The notes under the pieces are model-generated. The model did no database searches and was not told the DNA's origin. It saw only the letters and a program-made list of their open reading frames with translations. Shown piece after piece: positions 19,418 through 29,173 of a DNA stretch of 64,000 bases; the stretch's first letter is position 1; each line of letters begins with the position of its first letter. Made by a program: the position numbers and the translations under genes. The stretch is taken from the NCBI GenBank assembly GCA_018396695.1, contig JAGTQU010000005.1, forward strand, positions 421-64,420, in the 5' to 3' direction. This DNA is from Candidatus Bathyarchaeota archaeon (GTDB lineage: Archaea > Thermoproteota > Bathyarchaeia > TCS64).

Positions 19418-19598
19418 CTTGCATTAATTCAATATTTTTTTAAATAAATCTAAATATTAAAAGGCATTTCTGTAACGGAGATCATCTTAATCGATTCCGA
19501 TTTATTAATTATAATCAACAATAAATTAGATTCCTTAAAACAAGATCAGATAGAATTAAATATTAGAAACTTGAACTCCGAAGAGAGGCGAGAAGCCT

Positions 19599-20945
19599 TT
19601 GGATAAATATATAGAAAGTGTGTATGAATCTATTGTAAAGAAAGACCCAGAGCAGAAAACGTTTCATCAAGCAGCTTACGAAGTTCTAGAGTCTCTAGAA
19701 CCAGCAATAAAAAAGTTCCCAAAGTTTCAGGAACACGCTATTCTTGAACGAATCGTTGAACCAGAGCGTATCATCATATTCCGTGTTCCTTGGAAGGATA
19801 AAGATGGAAAGATCCAGCTGAACAGAGGCTATAGGATACAGTTTAATTCTGCTATAGGTCCATATAAAGGAGGCTTCAGATTCCATCCAACAGTTAACCT
19901 AGACATATTGAAATTCCTTGGATTCGAGCAGATCTTCAAAAACAGTCTGACTGGTCTTCCAATGGGCGGAGGGAAAGGCGGTTCTGATTTTGATCCCAAG
20001 GGAAAAACCGATGCGGAAGTGGAAAGCTTCTGTTACAGCTTTATGATGGAGATGTTCAAACACATAGGACAGTTTACGGATGTACCCGCTGGGGACATCG
20101 GTGTTGGAGCTAGAGAGATTGGCTATATGTATGGTGCATATAGAAAGATCACTAATCTTCATGGAACATGTGTACTTACGGGTAAGGGGCTAGATTATGG
20201 AGGCTCTCTGATTCGGCCTGAAGCAACTGGGTATGGATGTGTCTACTTCGTTGATGAGATGTTGAAGACAAAGAAAAAAGAGTTGAAGGCGAAGACCGTA
20301 ACCGTATCTGGATCAGGAAACGTAGCTCAGTACGCTGTCGAGAAGTGCATTCAGATGGGTGCGAAAGTTGTCACCATGAGCGACTCTGATGGATGTATTT
20401 ATGATCCAGATGGTATAGATGAGAAAAAACTAAGCTATGTACTAGAGCTCAAAAACGTGAAAAGAGGGCGAATAAAAGAGTATGCTGAAAAATACAATGT
20501 TGAGTATGTTCCAAAGGGGAAACCGTGGATATATAAATGCGACATAGCTCTCCCATGCGCTACTCAGAACGAACTCGACGGCAATGATGCTAAGGCTCTC
20601 GTAGATAATGGAGTTATCGCTGTAGCTGAAGGCGCAAATATGCCTTGCACTCCCGAAGCTATCAAGGTATTCCAGGAGTTCGGAGTACTTTATTCGCCCG
20701 GAAAAGCTTCCAACGCAGGTGGTGTCGCAACATCTGGTCTAGAGATGGCTCAAAATAGTCAACGATACTTCTGGACTCGTGAGGAAGTAGATGCAAAACT
20801 ACATCAAATCATGATTAACATACATAAGACAGTCTACGAAACTGCTAAACTATTCGATCAACCTGGGAACTATCAGTTAGGAGCTAATATTGCAGGTTTC
20901 CTTAAAGTTGCTAATGCGATGATTGCACAGGGCTACTATGCCTGA
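19599..20945 (+). CDS. gdhA: glutamate dehydrogenase
   Basis: GGGKGGSDFDPKGK catalytic-lysine region; NAD(P)-binding GSGNVAQYA; 448 aa; TTG start. Confidence 0.9.
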   Translation: MDKYIESVYESIVKKDPEQKTFHQAAYEVLESLEPAIKKFPKFQEHAILERIVEPERIIIFRVPWKDKDGKIQLNRGYRIQFNSAIGPYKGGFRFHPTVNLDILKFLGFEQIFKNSLTGLPMGGGKGGSDFDPKGKTDAEVESFCYSFMMEMFKHIGQFTDVPAGDIGVGAREIGYMYGAYRKITNLHGTCVLTGKGLDYGGSLIRPEATGYGCVYFVDEMLKTKKKELKAKTVTVSGSGNVAQYAVEKCIQMGAKVVTMSDSDGCIYDPDGIDEKKLSYVLELKNVKRGRIKEYAEKYNVEYVPKGKPWIYKCDIALPCATQNELDGNDAKALVDNGVIAVAEGANMPCTPEAIKVFQEFGVLYSPGKASNAGGVATSGLEMAQNSQRYFWTREEVDAKLHQIMINIHKTVYETAKLFDQPGNYQLGANIAGFLKVANAMIAQGYYA

Positions 20946-20960
20946 GAGTAAAATAATATC

Positions 20961-20986
20961 CCACCTTTTTTGCCGTATTGTTTTTG
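20961..20986 (+). terminator. oligo-T tract downstream of gdhA (archaeal-type terminator candidate)
   Basis: cccaccttttttgccgtattgttttt. Confidence 0.35.
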
Positions 20987-21072
20987 AAGGTATGAAAAGC
21001 TGTTTTCTAAACCTTCAATTTTATTAACTACCTTTTCTCATTTCTTAAGAACCTCTCTTTGAAGGTGTCTCC

Positions 21073-21894
21073 GTGTATAGAATAGTCGAGAAGATTAAGT
21101 TAACGCCGACCGATAAGATGTTGGTTATAGAAGCTCCTGAAGCAGCGCGAAAAGCAAAACCGGGTCAGTTCGCCGTCCTTAGGATAAGCGAGAAGGGAGA
21201 GCGGATCCCCATAACTATTGCAGGAGTCGATCCCGATAAAGGAACTGTTGTAATTGTTTTTGCTGAGGTTGGTAAAACTTCTAAAGATCTTGGGAAACTT
21301 GGTGTTGGAGACTACATACTTAACTTTGCCGCTCCTCTCGGTAATCCCCTAAATATAAAGAATTATGGTACCGTTTTATGTGTCGGAGGGGGCGTATTTG
21401 TAGGCGCTCTTTTATTCTTGATAAAAGCTCTTCGCCAAGCCGGTAACGAAATCGTAACGATCATAGGGGCAAGGAATTCCGAGCATCTAATCTTTTTAGA
21501 CGATGCTGAGAAGTTAAGTGATGAGCTCTACATATCGACTGATGATGGCTCACGTGGTTATAAAGGTCTTGAATTTCTGAAAGAACTCTTGAATAAAAGA
21601 AAATTTGATCATGTTTTTACCATAGGTTCAACCTCTATGCAGAGGCTAGTCTCGGAGCTAACACACCCATATAGTATACCGACAACTGTTAATTTGTTTC
21701 CTATAATGGTCGATGCAACTGGAATGTGTGGGGCATGTAGAGTAATAGTTGGAGGAGCGACAAAGTTTGCTTGTGTCGATGGTCCAGACTTCGATGGTCA
21801 TAAGGTCGATTTTGATCAGCTTATCTCACGTATGAGATTCTATAACCCTCAGGAAAAGATAGCGATGGTCTATCATTATAAGGAGGTGGCTTAA
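21073..21894 (+). CDS. NfnA/SudB-like small subunit (PyrK-like FAD/NAD(P) domain with C-terminal 2Fe-2S)
   Basis: PyrK-like fold, MCGACRV...C cluster, translationally coupled to GltD-like subunit. Confidence 0.75.
   Translation: MYRIVEKIKLTPTDKMLVIEAPEAARKAKPGQFAVLRISEKGERIPITIAGVDPDKGTVVIVFAEVGKTSKDLGKLGVGDYILNFAAPLGNPLNIKNYGTVLCVGGGVFVGALLFLIKALRQAGNEIVTIIGARNSEHLIFLDDAEKLSDELYISTDDGSRGYKGLEFLKELLNKRKFDHVFTIGSTSMQRLVSELTHPYSIPTTVNLFPIMVDATGMCGACRVIVGGATKFACVDGPDFDGHKVDFDQLISRMRFYNPQEKIAMVYHYKEVA
21881..21886 (+). promoter_or_regulatory. Shine-Dalgarno-like AGGAGG before nfnB/gltD-like start
   Basis: aaggaggtggcttaATG. Confidence 0.45.
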
Positions 21895-23300
21895 TGCAGC
21901 GAAGAAATACTCAGGTCGAGATGCCCAAACAAGATCCTAAGGAACGCATCAGGAACTTCAATGAAGTAGCCAAAGGATATACAAGCGAGATGGCGGTTGA
22001 AGAGGCTCATAGATGCCTAAATTGCAAGAATCCGCAATGTCGTAAAGGTTGTCCCGTAGAAATTGATATCCCAGCTTTCATCAAGTTAATCAAAGAAAAG
22101 AAGTTTGGTGAAGCCATCAGGAAGATCAAGGAAAAGAATGCATTACCAGCTATCTGTGGGCGAGTATGTCCACAGGAAGAGCAGTGTCAGAAATTCTGTG
22201 TCTTAGGTCTTAAAGGGGAATCTGTAGCTATAGGTAGATTAGAGCGATTTGCAGCAGATTTTGAACGAGAAAACGGGATAATCAATGTTGAGAAATACGG
22301 ATCAGATGGTGGCAGAGTAGCCGTAATCGGGTCTGGCCCAGCAAGTCTAACTGTCGCAGCAGAACTAGCAAAATTAGGTCATCGCGTTGAAGTATTTGAA
22401 TCTCTACATACTGCTGGAGGTGTTCTCATGTATGGCATTCCCGAGTTTAGGCTTCCCAAAGCGATTGTTCAATCCGAGGTAGAGTACGTGAAAAAGCTAG
22501 GAGTTCTGTTCCATCTTGACGCTACAATCGGGAAGCTAACTACAATCCGAGAACTTTTTGAGAGTGGATTTGATGCAGTATTCATAGGGAGTGGTGCAGG
22601 TTTACCGAGCTTTTTACAAATTCCAGGTGAAAATCTTAATGGCGTATATTCTGCTAACGAGTTTCTTATCAGGACGAATCTTATGAAGGCTTACTTATTT
22701 CCGAGATATGATACTCCAATCAAAGTAGGTAAAATCGTTGCTGTGGTAGGTGGAGGAAATGTTGCGATGGATGCAGCTAGATCGGCTTTGAGGCTTGGTG
22801 CTGAAAAGGTTTACATCATCTATAGGCGTAGTAAAGAAGAGTTGCCTGCTAGACTGGAAGAGGTAGAGAACGCTGAGGAGGAGGGGATAATATTCATGCT
22901 TCTGACTAATCCTATTCGATTCATCGGAGATGAGCGAGGTAATCTCAAGGTGATGGAATGCATAAAGATGGAGCTCGGAGAACCTGACGAGTCTGGTAGA
23001 CGCCGGCCTGTCCCAATCAAAGGCTCAGAATTTAAAATGGATGTCGATACTGCGATTATTGCAATTGGACAGACGCCTAACCCCCTCATCCAAAGGTCGA
23101 CTGAAGGCTTGAAAACAACGAAATGGAATACCATTATTGTAGAAGAGGAAACATGTCAGACGAGCATTGAAGGAGTCTACGCAGGCGGAGACGTCGTAAG
23201 CGGTGCAGCTACAGTCATCAGTGCTATGGGCGCAGGTAAAAAGGCAGCTAAGGCTATTCATGAGTTCGTTATGAAGAAAAGATTGAAGTCTGGAACCTAA
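21894..23300 (+). CDS. NfnB/SudA (GltD-like) large subunit, NAD(P)H-dependent ferredoxin oxidoreductase
   Basis: CLNCKNPQCRKGCP and CGRVCP Fe-S motifs; FAD/NAD(P) Rossmann motifs VAVIGSGPASL and VAVVGGGNVAMD. Confidence 0.8.
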   Translation: MQRRNTQVEMPKQDPKERIRNFNEVAKGYTSEMAVEEAHRCLNCKNPQCRKGCPVEIDIPAFIKLIKEKKFGEAIRKIKEKNALPAICGRVCPQEEQCQKFCVLGLKGESVAIGRLERFAADFERENGIINVEKYGSDGGRVAVIGSGPASLTVAAELAKLGHRVEVFESLHTAGGVLMYGIPEFRLPKAIVQSEVEYVKKLGVLFHLDATIGKLTTIRELFESGFDAVFIGSGAGLPSFLQIPGENLNGVYSANEFLIRTNLMKAYLFPRYDTPIKVGKIVAVVGGGNVAMDAARSALRLGAEKVYIIYRRSKEELPARLEEVENAEEEGIIFMLLTNPIRFIGDERGNLKVMECIKMELGEPDESGRRRPVPIKGSEFKMDVDTAIIAIGQTPNPLIQRSTEGLKTTKWNTIIVEEETCQTSIEGVYAGGDVVSGAATVISAMGAGKKAAKAIHEFVMKKRLKSGT

Positions 23301-23343
23301 ATTTTGGTAAATACTTTAATTAATATTAAAGACAATATTTATT

Positions 23344-23664
23344 ATGAAATTGTCATCACATTATAGTGACAGATCCCTTAATATAGTAAGGGATATGCGG
23401 CTCATCGAGAAGAAGCTTGTTGAAATTAATAGTAGAATAAAAATTTACACCGCTATATACAATCAATGCTCGAATAAGCTTGAAGCTATGAGAAGAACTT
23501 ATTTGAATTCGATGAACTTTCGGGATGAAATTTTGATCGACGAGGATCTGGAGTATCAAAAAGAGGCTGATAGAATGAGGTTAGTTAGTCGACGCCTTGA
23601 AGAGTTGAATAAAGAGAAGGATAAATTGAGGAAGATTCTTGAAGACAATATGCACAGGTTTTAA
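23344..23664 (+). CDS. coiled-coil hypothetical protein
   Basis: 106 aa, heptad-rich, no motif. Confidence 0.35.
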   Translation: MKLSSHYSDRSLNIVRDMRLIEKKLVEINSRIKIYTAIYNQCSNKLEAMRRTYLNSMNFRDEILIDEDLEYQKEADRMRLVSRRLEELNKEKDKLRKILEDNMHRF

Positions 23665-23744
23665 ACTGTTGAAATTTCAGTTTCTTCCTTCCAGAGATTG
23701 GAAGACTTAAAACGGAGTATTCTAATTGTTTCTAGGAATTAAGA

Positions 23745-24716
23745 ATGTGCAGCAGTTTATGGACCGAGAAATATCGCCCTCAAACATTGGATGAGATAGT
23801 GAACCAGTCTGAAATAGTGTCTAGAATGAAGAAGTTTGTTAAAGAGCGAAATATACCTCATCTGCTATTCGTTGGCCCTGCAGGCGTGGGGAAAACAACG
23901 ACTATCTTAGCATTATCAAGAGATTTGTTTGGGCCATCGTATAGGAATTTTGTTATGGAGCTTAATGCTAGCGATGAGAGAGGGATCAACGTGATTAGAG
24001 AGAAAGTAAAATCTTTTGCTCAAACTGCTGCTATATCTCCTGAAGTTCCCTTCAAAATTTTAATCATGGATGAGGCTGATAGCTTAACCTCAGCGGCTCA
24101 ACATGCCCTGCGACGAACTATGGAGATCTACACAAAGACATGCCGTTTCTGTCTCATCGGGAACTACTCGGAGAATATTATAGAACCTATTCAGAGCAGA
24201 TGCTCGGTATTCCGCTTCAGCCCTTTAAGCGAACAGGATCTTAAAGGACGTATACGATCTATCTCCATTAAAGAGAATCTTCAACTTTTAGATGAGGGGT
24301 TAGACGCTATATATGAAGCTTCTGCGGGAGATGTGCGAAAGGCAATAAATCTCTTGCAAGCTGCCGCAGCCGTTCAGGGAGGAGTAATAGATGATGTATC
24401 AATCTATAGTGTACTCGGTCAGTTAAACCCTACAAGGATTAGGGAGATGGTAAAACTATGTTTGAAAGGTGACTTCCTTGAAGCCCGGGAAGTGTTACGT
24501 AGCTTACTTATTGAGGAAGGGATAGCTGCTGAAGATATCCTCAAACTCTTATATTTTGAAATTCTTAAAAGCGACATCGCTGAAGAGTGGAAGGTTAAAC
24601 TTTCGGATACTATAGGAGAAGTTGACTATAGGCTTACTCAAGGCTCTAGACCAGAGATCCAGCTCAGCGCTCTTCTCGCAAAACTAACGCTCGCCGGGGA
24701 AGAGATGCATCGATGA
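23745..24716 (+). CDS. rfcS: replication factor C small subunit
   Basis: EKYRPQTLDEIV, Walker A GPAGVGKTT, SRC motif region. Confidence 0.9.
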   Translation: MCSSLWTEKYRPQTLDEIVNQSEIVSRMKKFVKERNIPHLLFVGPAGVGKTTTILALSRDLFGPSYRNFVMELNASDERGINVIREKVKSFAQTAAISPEVPFKILIMDEADSLTSAAQHALRRTMEIYTKTCRFCLIGNYSENIIEPIQSRCSVFRFSPLSEQDLKGRIRSISIKENLQLLDEGLDAIYEASAGDVRKAINLLQAAAAVQGGVIDDVSIYSVLGQLNPTRIREMVKLCLKGDFLEAREVLRSLLIEEGIAAEDILKLLYFEILKSDIAEEWKVKLSDTIGEVDYRLTQGSRPEIQLSALLAKLTLAGEEMHR

Positions 24717-26137
24717 GAAACGAACCAGTATCTTGGACGATAAGGTTCAGACCTAAAAATAAGAAAGAAATAGTTGACAATAAAGAATCGGTTGAAAGGT
24801 TCCTCTCCTGGATGAAATCTTGGGTCAATGGTATTCCTGAAAAACATTCAGTCTTCTTGTATGGTCCTCCAGGCGTCGGAAAAACATCGACAGTTTTAGC
24901 ATTGGCGCGTGACCTAGGATTCGACGTTATCGAAGTGAATGCTAGTGATTACCGTACTAGCAAGAGATTAGAAGAGATAGTAGGCAGATCTATTTCTTTG
25001 AGTCTCACAGTTACGGGTAAGAGGAGAGTCATACTCTTCGATGAGATGGAGGGTATAAGTGGACGTGAGGATGAAGGTGGAATCTCTGAAATTATGAAGA
25101 TTATCAAAGAGAGCAGAATCCCTGTCGTCCTCATTTCAAATAGTATTCAAGAAAATTGGGAAAAATTCTTACCTCTTATATCTCTCTCAGAGTTGATAGA
25201 GTTTAATTCTATACCCTTCAAGGATGTTTTAAACTGGCTGAGAGATGTTTCAACTAAAGTCGGAGTCAAGGTTGAAGAAGAAGCTTTAGAACTGATCGCT
25301 GAAAGGTCTGCAGGGGACTTAAGATCGGCTTTAAACGACCTAGAAACCGTCGCCGGAGGGAGGACTCAAGTAACTCTAGAAGATGTTATAATTCTTGGTG
25401 ATAGAGATAGACAAACCTACACGCATGAAGCCCTTATGAAAATATTTTCTTCTAAGAGTGTTAAGGAAGCCAGACAAGTGATCTCTTCCTCATATATTAA
25501 CTATGATGAACTGTTCGAATGGATATATGAGAATATTCCCTACGTCCTGAATGATCCAAGGGATCTCTCAGAAGCTTTAAACCATCTCGCCTTAGCTGAC
25601 ATTTTTGAAGGTAGAGCTAATAGAACTCAAAATTATACTTTAATAAAATATATGTTCACTTTAATGACCGGGGGAGTTGCCCTTTCAAGGAAGCATTCAG
25701 ATGGAACAGGTCTATATAGACGCTTAGAGAGTAGGCTCTTGAACCTAGGTTTGCCACCAAATTCTTTTAAGATAAGCGATTCGCCTAGAGGGTTATCTGT
25801 CAAGCCTTCAAGATATCTTGGAAATGACTGGAGGAGGATTAACGAAACTATTCGTAAACTTGGTGGATATTGGAGAAAAACCGAAAAGATTTGGTTCCTA
25901 CCTTACTTCAGGAACCCTCAATACCTTCCAAATTTGAAGAGAACATGGTATATTAGACAAGCAAGAGATACTCTGATAGCAAAGATCTCGAAATATTGTC
26001 ATGTTTCAACAAGAGTAGCGTTAGTCGATCTCCTACCTTACCTCAAAATAGTCTTTGAAAAAGATGAGATGATGGCTAGAGAGTTTTCGAGACTGTTTGA
26101 GCTAAATGACAAAGAAGAAAACTACTTAAAATCTTAA
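24713..26137 (+). CDS. rfcL: replication factor C large subunit
   Basis: Walker A GPPGVGKTS, DEMEGI Walker B-like, overlaps rfcS by 4 nt. Confidence 0.85.
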   Translation: MRNEPVSWTIRFRPKNKKEIVDNKESVERFLSWMKSWVNGIPEKHSVFLYGPPGVGKTSTVLALARDLGFDVIEVNASDYRTSKRLEEIVGRSISLSLTVTGKRRVILFDEMEGISGREDEGGISEIMKIIKESRIPVVLISNSIQENWEKFLPLISLSELIEFNSIPFKDVLNWLRDVSTKVGVKVEEEALELIAERSAGDLRSALNDLETVAGGRTQVTLEDVIILGDRDRQTYTHEALMKIFSSKSVKEARQVISSSYINYDELFEWIYENIPYVLNDPRDLSEALNHLALADIFEGRANRTQNYTLIKYMFTLMTGGVALSRKHSDGTGLYRRLESRLLNLGLPPNSFKISDSPRGLSVKPSRYLGNDWRRINETIRKLGGYWRKTEKIWFLPYFRNPQYLPNLKRTWYIRQARDTLIAKISKYCHVSTRVALVDLLPYLKIVFEKDEMMAREFSRLFELNDKEENYLKS

Positions 26138-26156
26138 CTATTTCTTCTTAGTTTGT

Positions 26157-26711
26157 TTAAGGCTTCCACCAAGTGAAACCAAGATAATTAATATTCTTCT
26201 CGCCTACTACAGCGATTATGAAGGTTTTCCGCACAGTTGTCGCCAGCCTTCCAGCTTTAACTAATTCTGATGCAGATATTCCCTCATCTATCTTCTTGAC
26301 TTGAACTATGAAAGGTGCATGGTCTATTCCTGGTCCTATGCGATAAACCGCGAAATCGCATCCATACTTTATTCCTGGAGCAACAATGAAATTCCTCTCT
26401 CGTAAATCCTTATATACTCTATACTTCTCTTCGAAACCTTCTTGAGTCGAAGCAACTATCGTCTTAAACTCGTTTAGACTGAGCTCCTGATTTTTGGATC
26501 CTGAAAAGACTTTAATTAGTCCCCTTTCAAGAAGGTATACTCCTTCTATAGGATCTAATACTAGGGGAGTATCAAAATCTTCCTTGGGTTTTGAGATGCC
26601 GAGCGGTTTACCGAAATATCCCAATCTGTAAAGTCTTTGACTCTCATTCTTTGACCATACTATAAGCCTAGTATCCTTGAGTGCTTCAACTCTAGCTATC
26701 TGTTCGATCAA
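26157..26711 (-). CDS. endA: tRNA-splicing endonuclease catalytic subunit
   Basis: C-terminal catalytic domain KYGCDFAVYRIGPGIDHAPFIVQV...K; 184 aa. Confidence 0.65.
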   Translation of the reverse strand: MIEQIARVEALKDTRLIVWSKNESQRLYRLGYFGKPLGISKPKEDFDTPLVLDPIEGVYLLERGLIKVFSGSKNQELSLNEFKTIVASTQEGFEEKYRVYKDLRERNFIVAPGIKYGCDFAVYRIGPGIDHAPFIVQVKKIDEGISASELVKAGRLATTVRKTFIIAVVGEKNINYLGFTWWKP

Positions 26712-26721
26712 GTTTTCATCC

Positions 26722-27375
26722 TTAAAGCGCTAATAGCCGGATTAGATCTGCCTCTTCTTCAGCGGCATCGATCATTAGATCAAACTCTTCTAATACGTCT
26801 TTCACAGAGAGGATTATAGGTAGTTCGGTTTTGCTTGTAAATAGAGTCATATATAGGTTCCTGTAGATTTCATCAACGGTTCTCTCACCTTCGTCAACAT
26901 CTTTCGTAAGTTCTATCGCTTTTTCAGCGTTGAAGCTCAAACTGATTAGGCTTTCTCTAAGCCTAGTTAAAGTTTGAAAAGAAGCGTCTGATATCTTTAC
27001 TAATCCATCTAATACTTCTTTCGGCACTTTCCATCTTTTAGACGAGATGGCTCCTATTCTGTAAGCTATGCTTTCGATATAATCTGTTAGGTCCCGTGAT
27101 TTGCTGATTAGTCTATAGAAGTCTTCTCGATTTACAAGTACTCCACCTGACTCGTGAAGCTCTTTTAAAATTGATCTTTTAAGGTTCAGAGAATCTGCAT
27201 GGAGCTTTCCAATCTCCATAAAGTTTTCGTCAACCATTTTATAGTCGCCTTTCTTCAGTCCATCGATCATGACTAGTACTTTCCTAAACATTTCGATGAC
27301 CAAACGCATATGATCTTGGCTCAGCATGAGCAGGTTTCGCATCGTGCGGTCTTCGCTCTCTACTGGAAAAACCAT
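26722..27375 (-). CDS. DUF47/PhoU-like protein
   Basis: 217 aa all-helical, similarity pattern to the phosphate-transport-regulator-related DUF47 family. Confidence 0.5.
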   Translation of the reverse strand: MVFPVESEDRTMRNLLMLSQDHMRLVIEMFRKVLVMIDGLKKGDYKMVDENFMEIGKLHADSLNLKRSILKELHESGGVLVNREDFYRLISKSRDLTDYIESIAYRIGAISSKRWKVPKEVLDGLVKISDASFQTLTRLRESLISLSFNAEKAIELTKDVDEGERTVDEIYRNLYMTLFTSKTELPIILSVKDVLEEFDLMIDAAEEEADLIRLLAL

Positions 27376-27506
27376 CGCTATGGGCCTCGCATATTCAAAT
27401 TATTAAAAGGATCCAGTTTCCACTACTTACTTGGAAGTATCTATATTTAATTTTTTGTTTTCCCCGCATTTTTCAGCATAAATGTATATGATTTAATTAT
27501 GGATAG

Positions 27507-27722
27507 TCATTTATGCCCCTTTTTTTCTTTTAACCACCATTCCAGATACTCTTGATGCCGTTTATTCTTCAATTCTTCAGCATCTTCTCTAGGCGTATGA
27601 AGTCTTTCAAGGGCTTCCGATAATTCGGCTTCAGTGAACGTCATCCCACAACTCTGACAGCTATAATGCTTCAATTTTCTATCCCAAGTCAACCTTCCAC
27701 CGCATTCAGTGCAGTAAGGCAT
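27507..27722 (-). CDS. zinc-ribbon protein (hypothetical)
   Basis: CTECGG...CQSCG. Confidence 0.45.
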   Translation of the reverse strand: MPYCTECGGRLTWDRKLKHYSCQSCGMTFTEAELSEALERLHTPREDAEELKNKRHQEYLEWWLKEKKGHK

Positions 27723-28150
27723 CTCCCCCTCAACCCTTTACTCATGAGAGGAGGAGCACATAGGCTGATAAAAATGATTCGATATTAATAGCGATTCCAA
27801 AAAAGATATTATTCATCAACTGAAACTCATGCGTATCTGGTTTCTCATAAACTACCTAAAATGGTATATGTCATTATTGTTAAATATTTTGTGTTTTGTC
27901 AACTATCTTTGGTGTGTATTTGTCTTCGGGGGATTTGGCTCGTTGGGGAAGGCGTCTTGCTCGGGGTTCTTTTATTACGTGTATGATGGTTTTTAGGAAG
28001 TGGCGGCTTGGCTGAAGGGGAGGGGCGGCAGGGTGTGGAGGTGAAGAAGGAGTCACTAATCCATTATCTTATATTTTCCGGCGGAAATTGAGAATGCTAT
28101 GAACGGCCTTGCGGATAATCCTGTTATTATCTGAAATCTGAGGAAGGACG

Positions 28151-28282
28151 TTACTGAATCCTTCTTCGGTTTTTCTGGATGCTCATGATCTTCAGCTTAA
28201 TCTCTCCCCCGTGCTTCCTAACCAGATGCCTGTTCAGCTTCTGCTGATCGCTTAGTTTTTCCCCGCAGATTGGACAAATGAA
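28151..28282 (-). pseudogene. C2H2 zinc-finger ORF lacking a start codon
   Basis: FICPICGEKLSDQQKLNRHLVRKHGGEIKLKIMSIQKNRRRIQ* (C-x2-C-x12-H-x4-H), preceded in frame by TAG. Confidence 0.4.
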
Positions 28283-28332
28283 CTACATTCGAAAAATCAT
28301 CCTGCTAGTAAAAAGGAGATGTTTAAAGGAGT

Positions 28333-28554
28333 TTAGGACTCATATACAGCTTCAAAGCTTTTGATATCTCCAAGACCGAGCGTTCTTTTATAAGTCTCAC
28401 TGTAAGCGGCGAAACCATACATTGTCAGCCAGTGATCCACATCGTCATAGAGGTCATCCAAGCCCGCCCAGTGGCCGAACTTGTCACGATGTTCTGGATG
28501 TTCCCTCTTGCCCGCATTTCTCAATGTTTTGCATATTAAAGCACTTCCAATCAA
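28333..28554 (-). CDS. hypothetical protein
   Basis: 73-aa ORF upstream of the zinc-finger remnant. Confidence 0.3.
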   Translation of the reverse strand: MIGSALICKTLRNAGKREHPEHRDKFGHWAGLDDLYDDVDHWLTMYGFAAYSETYKRTLGLGDIKSFEAVYES

Positions 28555-28659
28555 AAATAATTTAACTTCTGAACCTAATGACTTTTTTAATAAAAAGTTT
28601 TAATCGTTCTCTTCGTACGTCTATTAGTATTGGTGGGTGAGTGGACCCTCCACCCGTTC

Positions 28660-29169
28660 CGCCATAAAAACCCCGGTAATAGGAAGGTGAAAGTAAAATT
28701 GAAAAGCAGAGATCTTTCAATGGTTACTATTTTTGCGGCGCTTTATGCGGCGTTGGTGTACATTTTTGCTCCAATATCGTTCTATGCCTTGCAGTTAAGA
28801 ATCGCAGGCATACTTAGGCCAGCTATTGCAAAAAAATGGGTTTTAGCTATCGGATATACTATCGGAGTATTAGTTGGCAATCTTTTCAGCCCATTTGCTG
28901 GCGTATATGAGCTTATCTTCATGCCTATTATGAGCTTATTTGCCGGAATACTTGGATATTTAGCAGCCCTAAAATTCAAAAACGACTATTACATCACAGG
29001 TGCAGTTATCGCCACAATAATATCGATGAGTGTTAGCTGGATGCTTAGTCAACTATTTAACTTGTCAATGCTTTTAACTCTACCATATTTGTTCATAAGC
29101 GAACATGCAGTATGCTTCATTGGAGCATCTATCTTTAAGGTTATTGAAAAAAGATTCAAATGGTGGTAG
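28660..29169 (+). CDS. queT: QueT-like queuosine/archaeosine-precursor transporter (ECF S-component-like)
   Basis: Five TM helices; MVTIFAALYAALVYIF... Start reassigned to ATG 28660 rather than the track start at 28630. Confidence 0.55.
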   Translation, partial: RHKNPGNRKVKVKLKSRDLSMVTIFAALYAALVYIFAPISFYALQLRIAGILRPAIAKKWVLAIGYTIGVLVGNLFSPFAGVYELIFMPIMSLFAGILGYLAALKFKNDYYITGAVIATIISMSVSWMLSQLFNLSMLLTLPYLFISEHAVCFIGASIFKVIEKRFKWW

Positions 29170-29173
29170 AGCA

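Noticed and set aside
28630-28659. Upstream extension of the queT ORF (track start at 28630)
   Set aside because: The extension encodes a non-hydrophobic peptide that overlaps a hairpin and an SD-like element. ATG 28660 gives a typical transporter N-terminus.
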